Below are positions 1-11,682 of a stretch of 64,000 bases of DNA, piece by piece. This DNA comes from Azolla caroliniana (lineage: Eukaryota; Plantae; Polypodiophyta): assembly GCA_043228905.1 (NCBI GenBank), contig JBHGNT010000003.1, positions 19,716,001 to 19,780,000 of the forward strand, in the 5' to 3' direction. The first letter of the stretch is position 1, and every line of letters begins with the position of its first letter. The position numbers were made by a program, and so were the translations under genes. The notes under the pieces are model-generated. The model made no database searches. It saw only the letters and a list, made by a program, of their open reading frames with translations, and had not been told where the DNA came from.

Positions 1-570
1 TCTATCGAGCTTCTCCGTCAGAAGCGAGCTAGCCATGCCTCTATCCATCGGTTTTGCCTGTTCTTCTTGGTTGGTTTCTCTTTCAAGCTATGTCGGCTGC
101 AGAGGTTCTCAACCCTCGCGCTCTGATACCATGTAAAAGATTATGTGCGGAAGCAATAGAAAACCAAACACACAGAAAATACGCAGGTTTAATGGAGAGC
201 TTGAGTATACACAGTACGCGGGAGAGATAGAGAGAGAACACACAAAAAACTCAATTCAAAAAATACTAACTCTCTGTACATACATCGTGCTCAGTGAGCA
301 CCTTTTATACAAGCCCTGACAATCGGGCTCACACAAGTACTGACAGTACTTGACTACTCATAAATGAGCCTCGACACTTACTCCTAAAACCATTCCTTAT
401 GAGGAATATCTCTCTAACGGCCTTTCGGTTTATGCTCGATACGGCCTCTCGTTACGCACCGGTTTGTGTATCAATTTTACGCACCGGTCCGGCCTAACCA
501 ATCGGTCCCAACCGATCCAGTGCTCGGCTTGCTCAGCCGATCCGGCCGATGTTGAGCTTGTCTCTCAACA
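1..570 (-). mobile_element. 5' end of a Ty1/Copia element (gag start, tRNA-Met PBS, 5' LTR 132-570) inserted into the RNase H region of the older Copia; the rest lies outside the window
   Basis: Minus strand reads M-D-R-G-M-A-S-S-L-L-T-E-K-L-D-R from 48, the same TEKLD gag start as the other Copias here. PBS TGGTATCAGAGC at 131-120 abuts an LTR bounded by TG...CA (132-570). The host RNase H frame is cut at 571. Confidence 0.85.
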
Positions 571-2989
571 AATAAGTATGCCCAACTCCTTCGGTATACG
601 CTTGAGCCATACGGCTTCGCATGCGACGACTATCGCACCCCTGTATTTGGCTTCCATGCTCGACAGTGCGACTGTCGATTGCTTCTTACTGCTCCAAGAG
701 ATCACTCCGCTACCAAGAGAGAAGACGAATCCGGATGTGGATCGTCTATCGGCTTTGTATCCTGCCCAGTTTGCGTCTGTGTACCCTTCGGGTCGAATGA
801 TCGTATTCGACTTATACATAATGTTGTAATCCATCGTCTTGCTAACATACCAAAGTATCCACATAGCGCAATCCAGATGAAGATTTCGTGGATTTTGTAT
901 AAATTGACTAAGCAGGCCGACCGAATAATTCAGGTCAGGTCGTGTGATGGTTAGATAAATTAAGCTACCGATCAGTTGACGATACTGAGTCGGCTCGTTC
1001 TCGGTCGTGCCAGAGTTAGCATCGATCTTGAAATTACGATCGAGAGGGGTAGACACTGGTTTGCACTCCGTCATTCCGAACTTGTAGAGTAAGTTGAAGA
1101 CGTTGTGCCGTTGTGATATCATTATTCCGACTGGTGTTCGAATTACTTCAATGCCTAGGAAGTAATGGAGCTCGTGCAGATCTTTCATTTCGAATCTACC
1201 GGAAAGAAGTGATTTGACCTTGTTAATCTCGGCTAGATCTTTTCCTCCGATGACCAAATCATCCGCGTAAAGGATGATGACAATCGGGCTATCCGACTCG
1301 TTTCAGATGTACAGAGAAGTATCTGATTTTCACATTTGAAATCCGATCTAATGAAGATACTGCGTGAACTACGACGGCCACACACGTGGTGCTTGTTTGA
1401 GGCCAGAGAGAGGCTTCTTGAGTCGGCACACGGCGTTCGGATGACTGCGCGATTCCAAACTGGGTGGTTGGATCATGTACACCTCTTCCAGTTCGCCTTG
1501 AAGAAAGGCGTTCTTGACGTCTATCTGGTGGAGGTGCCAACCTTTTGCTGACGCAATGGCAATTACGGTCCGCACAGTTGTCATCTCTGCCACCGGCGCA
1601 AAGGTCTCTTCGTAGTCGACGTCGTGCATTCGCGCGTATCCTTTCGCAACGAGCCGTGCTTTAAAGCGATTTACAGAACCATCAGCGTTATACTTCACCT
1701 TGTAGATCCATCTGCAACCTATCACCTTATTGTGCATTGATTGGGGAACGAGATCCCATGTCTTGTTCTTGGAGAGTGCTTGCATCTCCTCATTCATCGC
1801 TTCAACCCATCTGGGGTCCTTCATGGTGTCGCGAAGTTTCGTGCATGCGTGGAGAAAGGCGGGACCACGGGGATCTTGGACTAGGGAGTGACGGAGCGTA
1901 GGAAATCGTGCTTCACCATTTCCAGAGCATCCCAGAAGCACACCAGAAGCAACCGAAGGGAGAGAGAGAGAGTAGGCATGCAATATTGACTCTCGCACAC
2001 ATATCATAAGCAAGAAAGAAACACTAAGACACACACACGCGCACCAACAGAGACACAAGTATGCACAACCCTGTATATATTTATGATTACAAGAGTGAGT
2101 TACAACTCCGACTCTGAGCCGGAGTGAGGTAGGCTAGGTCGCAATGGCAGTCTGCCGCCAAGCCGCCGTCGGGGAGCTCTCGGGCTTGTCGCGCCAAGCG
2201 AGGTCTTGCACAGGACGCCGAGCTAGAGCAACCTGCAACAGGGAGAGATACAACCCCGGCCGCGAGCCGGGTACGCACATGAGAAGCAGAGTTAACCTAA
2301 AAGCTTTCCCGCCATAGCTACTGCTCGACTCCTCGAGAAGGAGCAGAAAGAAACGAAGAAGAGAAAGGATGTCGCTAACCCTAGAAAGAAACACAAAACG
2401 GTATACCCTTAGGACTCAAAAATGGGCAACCCTTCTACAAGGGACCATCCCTTCCTTTTATAGAACAAGGAGAGGGATGAATTACAATGTGGGATAAATC
2501 CCGATTTACATGGGATTCTTTGTCCCGACTTAACTCCTATTATTCACACAATTACACGAGGGTGGGTGCACATGGTGCACCCGCTGATGTAGCCAATATT
2601 TCCCGTTTTCCGCCTCTAGCCGAAATTCTTCACGACATCTGCCCCCACCTAACCGCACGTCCACCAGTACGTGCCAAATCCGGTGAAGGGTGATAGATTT
2701 CGGCCGGTGAGGAAACGGTCTTTTGTAATCCGCATCCCGGCTCGCTGCCAGTTTGAACCGTCGGCTTCGGTTCTTCCTTCGCGCTTTCCTCCCCGTAGGC
2801 TCGTTCGACCCGTCGATGGGTCCTTTGCCGCGATCTCCGTAGTACGCGTACTTCCGATGGCCCTTGTTTGGCCGTATTCCCGCTCCGCTCTTCGTCGTAT
2901 GCCCGATGTCCTCCGCTCAAGGAACGCCCGTAGTGGCCCGCTTGGCCCTTTCCGTCTTGCGCTGCTGCAACAGGTCCTGAGTCTTCCGC

Positions 2990-4360
2990 TTGCCGTCGTC
3001 CCCTCACCCCCACTAGCTTGTCATCTCAGGCTTGTTGTGTCAGTCTTCGTTATTCTGACTATCTGGCCGAGATCTACGAAGCGGGTGTGGAGGATCCTCC
3101 TCCGGACTCCCTTGTCATCCCTTGACTCCGACCCTGTGCAGTACACTATGCACCCGTCCCCTCGTTCCCGGCACCTCCCTTGTGTTGTCTTCCGCTTCCT
3201 TTGTTCGGCACCGCCCGTGCCGAACACCGTCCCGTAGTCACGGTTCGATCCAGCCCGCGATGGCCACTTGCGAGACTCTTGTTCCGTCCCAGGTGTGCCT
3301 TTCCGGCCCGACACACCTCCCCGTGTTTGCCCATACCGGCTCCTTCCGAAACCGTAATCGGCCTGTAAGGGTTTCGCACTTCGTCCTCCCCCCCGTCTTA
3401 CCGACTCCTGATCCGCTATCTCGTGTTGTCGGGTCCCGTTTCCTGCCGCCACCAACCTTCTCTCTCAGTCTCATGTTGCCACGTTGGCCGAACTGCCGAA
3501 GTCTCTGGATCGGTGTGAGGATCCCGTAGGACCGAACTTCGTTTCTCTGCTTGCCGAAATTCGGGTGTCTTTTGTCGGAGTCCTTTGCTACTCTCCTCGT
3601 GTCTTCCGCGTAGCCGGTTCCCGCCTTCGTGTTGCCGGGTCCCGTTTCCTGCCGCCACCAACCTTCTCTCTCAGTCTCATGTTGCCACGTTGGCCGAACT
3701 ACCAGAGTCCCTGGTTCGGTGTGGGGATCCCGTAGGACCGAACTTCCTTATGCTCGTGACCTTGCCGGTTGGTCTGATTCGGTTCGTAGCCACTTTGCCG
3801 GCTTGATACCTTCCTTCTCCGCTTTCCGTCATTCGAACACGTTCACCTGCCGCCACTGTCCTTTCCTATAGGACTCACGCTGGCTCTCGGGCCGACCGCC
3901 GGGTCGGTGTGAGGATCTTCGTGGGACCTCGGTTTGCCCGCCCTCAGTTTTTTTCCTTCGTCCCCTCACCCCCACTGATCGTCACTCTAGGTCTCACGCC
4001 GGCTCTCGAGCCGACCGCCGGAGCCTCTAGAACTGGTGTGAAGGATCCTCCTTGGACTCCTCGTATCCTTGACCCTTATCTTGGGTCTTTCTTTCCTTTG
4101 CAAGCCGAGAGGGTGGCTCGCTCCACACCCTCTCCCCTGGTACCGACGTACCATGTTCCCGGCCTCATCGTAGGCCTGCTCTCTTCCTCCCTCCCGGAAT
4201 GGTTATCCAGGAGTCCGATCTGCCCGGTTCTCGTCCGGGTCCGTTCGTCATTCTCCGGATTGCCGGGTCCCATTCACCTATCGCCACCAATCTCTCCTAT
4301 AGGACTCACGTCGGCACTCGGGCCGACAGCCGTATTGGTGCGAGGATCTTATGGGACCGG
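2990..4360. repeat. Mosaic of internal direct repeats in element B
   Basis: ~120-bp repeat at 3421-3540 and 3627-3745. Shorter shared blocks CCTATAGGACTCACG (~3865, ~4296) and CGTCCCCTCACCCCCACT (~2997, ~3960). Confidence 0.75.
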
Positions 4361-5113
4361 TTTTCGTTCTCCTCTTCATCCCTCGTACTTCTCCGTAACT
4401 CGTCGTCACTCTCCTTGCTCTGTTCCTGCCTCGATCTTCCATCTCTTTCGGTCTTACGTTGCCCCGTCGGCCAAACAGCCGAAGTCTCTGGGTAGGATGT
4501 GGCGTAACTGATTTCTCAACGTCTTTCGGCGACTCGTCCAGGCCACCGCCCCTTTTAGTGGTGTCGGTGGATAGCATCCGCTCTGTGATCAATCAAGCCC
4601 TGCCTGAGCTTGATTCTCCAATGTCCGGAGTTTCGGCTCCGATGCCAATCTTGCCAGACTCTTTCCAAACCTCTGATCACCCTCCTTCCAATTCTCGACC
4701 TTCGCCCGGTCGGTCTTTCTCCCCATGTAAAAGAGGGCGGCTCGTCCTGCACCCTCTCCCGTATCGGCACCTTTATGCCGAATCCGGCCCCGATCGAACA
4801 ATCCACGACCGGATTACACTCCACCCGTATCGGAGCGTCGCGCGGTTCGGTCCCCGATCGGGTCGTTCCATGGTCTCTTCGTCGACCTTCTCGCTAGCCA
4901 TCTCCCATCCATCTTCGCTAGCATCGTGCCAGGACTCCTCGGTACCGCCATCCATCTCCTCGGTCTTACATGGGCATACAGGCCTGAATGCCGAGTTCTC
5001 TAGAATCGGGTCCTGGGGCTTTCGTCCGCTCCTTCCCCGTATCATCTCGCTGGTGATTCTTGGTCTCTCGCCACCGCCTTCCTCCTCTTGGGACTCACAT
5101 GGGCACTCGGGCC

Positions 5114-8100
5114 TGTTAAGAAAACGTGAAGAAGGCACTCGGGCTCTTCTTATGTATGCGCGGCGGATCGTAGTGTGCTGGATCGTTAGCGTGCTCTAAA
5201 CAGACAGAGAAAGGAAAGGGGACTTACCTCTGTAGTAGCAAAATGGTTTTCTTCTATTACATGTAGAGCTCAACTTGCTCTCGTCAGTCTTCTGGTCTCT
5301 CACTCTCTCTCAGAGTTCTCTACTCACTATTCTCTGTTTTTTCTTACTGCTTACTTCCTATTCACGCTCACTTACTTTTACCTAAGTCATAAGTTATCAC
5401 ACATGCAGCTAATTAGCTGCCAGTAGCTAATTAGCTGTCAGTCGCTAAATAGCTGTTCACTAGCTAATTAGCTGTCACTAGCTAAATAGCTGTTTTACCT
5501 TTTTGTTCACTAGTAGCTAAATAGCTACTATAGCTTATTTCTCATAAGCATCACATACCATGTTGAGCTTGCTTCTCAACACTCCCCCTCAAGCTCAACT
5601 TATTCTTGCTTGAGGTTCTCTTCAATCTTCTTTTCCATTTTGCTTTTTAGCCATCTCATCAATGTTTACAACTCCCATCATGTTCCGAAACTGTGTATGT
5701 TTTTCCACACTCAATCCCTTCGTAAGGATATCAGCAACCTGCTGATTTGTATTCACATACACCAGATCAACTTCACCTTCCATCACTTTTTCTCTAACAA
5801 AGTGATAATGCACCTCAATGTGCTTTGTTCTTGCATGGAACACTGGGTTCTTTGCAAGCTGAATGCTGCTCATATTGTCACACCAGATTGTGACAGCACC
5901 ATCTATATATACTCCCAGATCAGCAAGCAGTCTTCTGATCCATACTTCTTCACATGTGGCTATTGCAGCCCCTCTATACTCAGCTTCTGTACTGGACAAT
6001 GCAACAGTAGCTTGTTTCTTGCTACTCCATGAAATTCCTGCACTTCCCAGGGTAAACATGTATCCACTTGTGGATCTCCTGTCTGTTTGGCTTCCAGCCC
6101 AATCAGCATATGTATATCCTTCCAGATTTATGTCTAGATCAGCCCTGTAAAATAGTCCAAAGTTCTGAGTTGCTTTTACATACCTCAGAATCCTTCTGAT
6201 GCAGTCCAAATGTGGCTTTGTTGGCTGTTGCATAAACTGGCTGACTAATCCAACAGCATAGCTCAAATCAGGTCTTGTTATGGTCAAATAAATAAGGCTG
6301 CCCACCATAGACCTGTACATGTTTACATCTTCTATCTTGGCTCCCAAATCAGCCCTCAACTTGCAGTTTTTATCAAGTGGTACAGCAATAGGTTTGCATC
6401 CAAGCATACCATACTTTTTCAACATAGTTGTTGCATACTGTTTTTGCAACATACATATACCACTTTCAGATCTGATGATTTCAATACCAAGAAAATATCT
6501 CAGATCTCCCAAATCTTTCATATGAAACTGCATTTCCAGATTTTTTTTCAACTTTCTTATTTCATCCACGGAATCTCCTCCAATAATCAAATCATCTACA
6601 TACATCAGAATAATAACAATGCAATCATTTTCACTTTTTACATACAAAGAAGGATCAGCTTTTGACATTTTGAAACCAAGATTTTTCAGAGAATCTGAAA
6701 GTTCTCTGTGCCATGCTCTTGGTGCCTGTTTCAGTCCATAGAGAGCTTTTTTCAGCTTACATACATAATCAGGATGTTTCTTATCCTCAAAACCTGGTGG
6801 TTGACTCATATACACTTCTTCTTCCAAGTTACCATGTAAAAAAGCATTTTTTACATCCATGTGATGCAAAATCCATTTTCTGGCTGCTCCTACAGCAAGT
6901 AGTGTTCTCAAGGTTGCCATCTTTGCAACCGGTGCAAAAGTCTCATCATAATCAATCCCTTGCATCTGAGCATATCCTTTTGCAACCAATCTTGCTTTAT
7001 GTCTACTTACATTCCCATTGGAGTCATGCTTTGTCTTGTAGACCCATTTGCAGCCTACCACATTTTTCTCTTTTGGTAACTTCACTAAATCCCACGTTTT
7101 GTTCTCAGCCAATGCATCAATCTCTTCTTGCATTGCATCCATCCATTTCTTCTCAGATTTTGCTTCTTCAAAGCTGTTTGGGTCAGGGATCTGTACCACC
7201 TTAGACATATATGCATAGTGCATAGCCATATATGTATCATACCCAAATCTTTCCACAGTCTTTTTCTCTCTATCTGATCTTCTCAGTTTCTGATTTGCAT
7301 TCTTTATTTCCTTTTCCATACCAGGGATTTTCATTTCCTGTATTCCAAGGAAATCATCCAAAGACATATCTGAATCTTCATCTTCCATGTTTTTTGGTAG
7401 GTCATCTGGGATTTCATACTCTGGCATTTTCTGTTTTCCTTTTTTGTCATCAGATTTTTTCTGTCCAGTTTTTCCACTCCATGAATTTGAATCAGATTTA
7501 CCATCTGAGCTTTTTGATGGTCCAGAACATTCTGTTGATGTTGGACTTTGCTGTCCAACCTTGTCTCCATCTCTGTGACAGTCTTCTACATTTTCTGATC
7601 TGTCTTTGTCTTCATTTTGACAGTCTTCATCAGTCTCTAGATTCTGTTTTGGGCTGTACCAACTAGCCAACTCATCAAATATCACATCTCGACTTGTCAC
7701 AATCTTTTTAGTCACAGGGTTATAACATCTGTACCCTTTTTGTTCTTCTGAATATCCAACAAAGATACATTTTTCTGCTTTTGGATCCAACTTACTTCTT
7801 ACTTCTGCAGGCACATGTACATATGCAAGGCATCCAAACACTTTCAAGTGTTGTAAGCTAGGCTTCCTGCCATAAAAACACTCTTCAGGAGTTGCCTCAT
7901 GTACTCCTGATGTAATACATCTATTTAAAATGTAATTTGCTGTATTTACAGCTTCTGCCCAATAGTACAATGGCATATTCTTCTCTGTCATCAAAGCCCT
8001 TGCAATGTTCACCAATGTTCTGTTTTTCCTCTCAGCAACTCCATTTTGCTGTGGAGTATATCGGCATGTGAATTGTCTTCTTATTCCCTGATTACACAAA

Positions 8101-10560
8101 AAATCAGAAAATTCATTGGAGAAATACTCTCCTCCTCCATCAGATCTCAAACATTTTATCCTTGTACCAGCCTGCTTTTCTACCATGCATTTAAACTTAC
8201 GAAAACAGTCAAATACTTCACTTTTCTCCTTCATGAAGTACACCCATGTCTTCCGTGAACAATCATCAATAAATGTAACATAAAATCTGCATCCACCAAT
8301 AGATGCATTCTTTGTTGGTCCCCATACATCTGTATGTACCAAATCCAACAGATTTTTGCTTACATGTCTCTCATGAGGGAATGGCAACCTGTTTTGCTTA
8401 CCATATTGACATGCTTCACATACTTTTCCCATTTCACACTTTTTCAAGTTTGGCAGTCCAGCCACTGCATCTTTTCTCAACATATTCTTTAATGTTTGCA
8501 TACTTATATGGCCAATCCTTTTATGCCACATTTCCACATCTGAGATTACACTCGTTCCATTTGCAAACATGGCTGAAATCTGTTTGGGCATTTCTACATC
8601 CAAGATAAACATTCTTCCTTGTCTCTTCCCTTTTGCAATGAGCTTCCCATTCTTTTCTATATAGCATCCACTTTGCTTAAACTTTACTTGCATACCTTGC
8701 TCTACTATCTGTCCAACAGAAATCAGATTCTTAGCAAGATTTGGAACATGCATCACATTCAACATATACTTGGTTTTTCCTCTTTCTTCCCACAATGGGA
8801 TATCTCCAACATGTTTTATTTGGTGAGTTGTGTCATCACCTGTTTGTACATAACCAGGAACCTCTGGTTCTCTTAAACTCTCAAACCAATTTGCATGTCC
8901 AGTCATATGGTTAGATGCCCCCGAGTCTACATACCACGTAAACTCTTCATTACATTTCTGTGAGCTTTCAGCCACTGCTGCTATCTCATGTTGCACTACA
9001 CAAACACCTTCCTTTTCACAATCTTCACTAGTAGAGGCATAGTTACTCTGTTGTCCTTTTCCTCTTTTCTCATCATTCTGTTTCTTGTAACATTCAGCCT
9101 GTGTATGGCCTGGTTTACCACAATACCAGCAGCCATCATCATTTACATAAGTTTGCTTACCTCTACCTCGGTTGCTCCCCCTGCCTCTGTTGTTGTTTCC
9201 TCCTCTATGAGCTTGTTGTCCTCTTCCTTGAAAGCCATTATTATTGGTTCTTCCTGAGCCAAATCTTCCATGGCCTCTTCCTCGGCCTCTTCCGGCATTA
9301 TTATAGAGGGCTTGCCCCTCGTTCTCTGAGTTTCCTTTATTTGCATCATCCATCTGATTCCTTTCCTCTACCACAAGCATTGAGACCAGATCTGAAAAAC
9401 TTGGGATACTATCCCTTGTGAGTATAGAAGTTTTAAAACTCTTGTATTGAGGTCCTAAGCCTCTTAAGCATATTTCCACTTTGTCCTCATCTTCTATCTT
9501 CACATTGATAGAAGCAAGTGATTCACATATACTCTTGATTTTTAGGGCATACTCATTTATTGACATCTTACCTTTTTCTAAGGTATTTAGCTCAGTCTTC
9601 AACTGTAGCTTTCTAGCTTTTGTGTTTACTGCAAACAGTTTTACCAAACTGTCCCAAGCTTCTTTTGGGAGCATAGCATCCTGTATGTGCCCAAGCATCA
9701 AATCTGAGATGCTAAGTGAGAGCCAATGCATTACCTTCCTTGCCCCTTGATTCCAATCTTTGAATGCTTTAATCTGTGCTGCTGTGGCATTTTCTTCTGG
9801 GATCTCCGGAGCCTCTTCTAGGTCTCCTTCAATGTAATCCCAGTATCCTTTCCCCATTAGGAAATTTGTCATTCTAAATTTCCACGCCGGGAAATTGTTT
9901 TTATCTAGTTTCTCTGTGACCATTTGGCCTACATTCTCTGCAGCCATTTTTTTTTCTTCCAAAAAACCAGGGTTTTGCTTTAGTTACTTCAACAAGTAAC
10001 TTTCTAATTTCTGATCAGCAACCAGAGAAATAACTTTCTCAGATTAAGGCACTGCTATACTCTTCCTTACGAGCTACTCTGCTCTGATACCATGTTAAGA
10101 AAACGTGAAGAAGGCACTCGGGCTCTTCTTATGTATGCGCGGCGGATCGTAGTGTGTTGGATCGTTAGCGTGCTCTAAACAGATAGAGAAAGGAAAGGGG
10201 ACTTACCTCTGTAGTAGCAAAATGGTTTTCTTCTATTACATGTAGAGCTCAACTTGCTCTCGTCAGTCTTCTGGTCTCTCACTCTCTCTCAGAGTTCTCT
10301 ACTCACTATTCTCTGTTTTTTCTTACTGCTTACTTCCTATTCACGCTCACTTACTTTTACCTAAGTCATAAGTTATCACACATGCAGCTAATTAGCTGCC
10401 AGTAGCTAATTAGCTGTCAGTCGCTAAATAGCTGTTCACTAGCTAATTAGCTGTCACTAGCTAAATAGCTGTTTTACCTTTTTGTTCACTAGTAGCTAAA
10501 TAGCTACTATAGCTTATTTCTCATAAGCATCACATACCATGTTGAGCTTGCTTCTCAACA
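5114..10560 (-). mobile_element. Young full-length Ty1/Copia element (element G); LTRs 5114-5581 and 10093-10560
   Basis: 468-bp LTRs with TG...CA ends and 2 differences seen. 5-bp TSD GGGCC (5109-5113, 10561-10565). PBS-Met at 10081-10092, PPT GAGGGGGAG next to 5581. Confidence 0.97.
5622..9947 (-). CDS. Copia Gag-Pol polyprotein (gag, CCHC knuckle, protease, integrase, RT, RNase H), uninterrupted
   Basis: CWYCGKPGHTQAEC, WYVDSGASNHMT, HKRIGH..CEAC, integrase D-D-E (HTDVW, SDGGGE, VAER), YVDDL, SWSSKKQ/RTKHIEV. First ATG at 9947 (the track starts at TTG 9962). Confidence 0.95.
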   Translation of the reverse strand: MAAENVGQMVTEKLDKNNFPAWKFRMTNFLMGKGYWDYIEGDLEEAPEIPEENATAAQIKAFKDWNQGARKVMHWLSLSISDLMLGHIQDAMLPKEAWDSLVKLFAVNTKARKLQLKTELNTLEKGKMSINEYALKIKSICESLASINVKIEDEDKVEICLRGLGPQYKSFKTSILTRDSIPSFSDLVSMLVVEERNQMDDANKGNSENEGQALYNNAGRGRGRGHGRFGSGRTNNNGFQGRGQQAHRGGNNNRGRGSNRGRGKQTYVNDDGCWYCGKPGHTQAECYKKQNDEKRGKGQQSNYASTSEDCEKEGVCVVQHEIAAVAESSQKCNEEFTWYVDSGASNHMTGHANWFESLREPEVPGYVQTGDDTTHQIKHVGDIPLWEERGKTKYMLNVMHVPNLAKNLISVGQIVEQGMQVKFKQSGCYIEKNGKLIAKGKRQGRMFILDVEMPKQISAMFANGTSVISDVEMWHKRIGHISMQTLKNMLRKDAVAGLPNLKKCEMGKVCEACQYGKQNRLPFPHERHVSKNLLDLVHTDVWGPTKNASIGGCRFYVTFIDDCSRKTWVYFMKEKSEVFDCFRKFKCMVEKQAGTRIKCLRSDGGGEYFSNEFSDFLCNQGIRRQFTCRYTPQQNGVAERKNRTLVNIARALMTEKNMPLYYWAEAVNTANYILNRCITSGVHEATPEECFYGRKPSLQHLKVFGCLAYVHVPAEVRSKLDPKAEKCIFVGYSEEQKGYRCYNPVTKKIVTSRDVIFDELASWYSPKQNLETDEDCQNEDKDRSENVEDCHRDGDKVGQQSPTSTECSGPSKSSDGKSDSNSWSGKTGQKKSDDKKGKQKMPEYEIPDDLPKNMEDEDSDMSLDDFLGIQEMKIPGMEKEIKNANQKLRRSDREKKTVERFGYDTYMAMHYAYMSKVVQIPDPNSFEEAKSEKKWMDAMQEEIDALAENKTWDLVKLPKEKNVVGCKWVYKTKHDSNGNVSRHKARLVAKGYAQMQGIDYDETFAPVAKMATLRTLLAVGAARKWILHHMDVKNAFLHGNLEEEVYMSQPPGFEDKKHPDYVCKLKKALYGLKQAPRAWHRELSDSLKNLGFKMSKADPSLYVKSENDCIVIILMYVDDLIIGGDSVDEIRKLKKNLEMQFHMKDLGDLRYFLGIEIIRSESGICMLQKQYATTMLKKYGMLGCKPIAVPLDKNCKLRADLGAKIEDVNMYRSMVGSLIYLTITRPDLSYAVGLVSQFMQQPTKPHLDCIRRILRYVKATQNFGLFYRADLDINLEGYTYADWAGSQTDRRSTSGYMFTLGSAGISWSSKKQATVALSSTEAEYRGAAIATCEEVWIRRLLADLGVYIDGAVTIWCDNMSSIQLAKNPVFHARTKHIEVHYHFVREKVMEGEVDLVYVNTNQQVADILTKGLSVEKHTQFRNMMGVVNIDEMAKKQNGKED

Positions 10561-10565
10561 GGGCC

Positions 10566-11682
10566 CGACTGCCATCGTCTCGGGAGCAAGTGTGGGAAGG
10601 CACAAAGAATGGCCCGTCCGTTTTACGCCCTTGTCCGTGGCCACCGGCTCTTCATGGTCGGCGGTCGTCTCCTTACCGATCGCGCAAGCCCCGTCTGGGC
10701 TTGCTTCTCCAATGACCGGGGTTTCGGGCTGACACGCCCGACACCGTTGGTTCCAACGTTCCGATCTCGCGATCGGTATCTCGGCCTCGTCCTTGGTCGT
10801 TCTATCTCCGCAAGTCGAGAGGGCGTTTTGTTCCGCACCCTCTCCCGTGGTACCGTCGTACCGATCTTCCGTCATCGCGTGGGGCAAGTCCGTCTCCTCA
10901 ATCTCGGCTTGCGGCCTCGATCTTTCCTCTTCCTCGAGCATCGCCTCGAGAGCTACGTACGCCTCCGCAATCCTGGCCACAACGCCGACCCTTGCCGCCT
11001 CTCTTTGCCGTTCGGCCTCTTCCCGTTGTGATGGCACGCCGTCGAGCGCCTTCCTCTTAGCCTTCTCGGCTCGCTCGTTGTCTAGCCGTTGGCACACCCT
11101 TCCGACCTTCGACCAATCCTCCGTAAGCCCATTCGCTCCGTCATCGTCTTCGAGCTCAATCCCGATGGCCTCCCGTTCTGCTCAGTCAATCGACCTGATG
11201 AACAATAGGACTTTGTCCGCCCCCACCAAACCTTGTTCCCGCTCCGGGAGCCGAGAAAGCCGTCGCTCGAACTCTCGGAACGCCTTCATTGCGCCCCGGT
11301 GGGTCTTTGCCGATGCTACCCACTCGTCGAAGTCGTGCCGTCCCCGGCTCTTCCGCCGTCCTCCATATGCCTATAGGGGCGCCTCTTCAAAGGCCTCCCA
11401 CGAACTATGAGCTTGTCGGAGCTCCTTCACTTCCGCGTGCATATGGACGGCGACAGCCCGACATAAGAACTCCAGCCTCAACGCTTCGTCCACGTCTCGC
11501 TCCTCCATTTCCGCGTTGTAGGCTTCCAAGTAAGATGGGACTTCGTCCCCGTTGAAACAGCCGACTCTTTCGACCACTCGCTCAACCGCTTGTTGCGCTG
11601 CTTCTCGCCTCATCACCACTCGTGCCGACTCCAACACCACTTCGGCCACCATCACCGCGAGGTCATCGTCTTCCGACTCCAT
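10566..11682 (-). pseudogene. Disrupted Gypsy-type gag of element B
   Basis: MESEDDDL...VGCFNGDEVPSYLEAYNAEM is homologous to gag at 41823 (IGRFSGKDATSYLASYQAEM) and 62949. In-frame stops present. Confidence 0.75.

Noticed and set aside
2630-5199. Many overlapping 100-250 aa ORFs on both strands
   Set aside because: GC-rich repetitive interior of element B with no recognisable domain; some ORFs cross insertion junctions.
5404-5535. CRISPR-like regularly spaced palindromes
   Set aside because: Spacers are only a few bases long, the context is a eukaryotic LTR and there are no cas genes.
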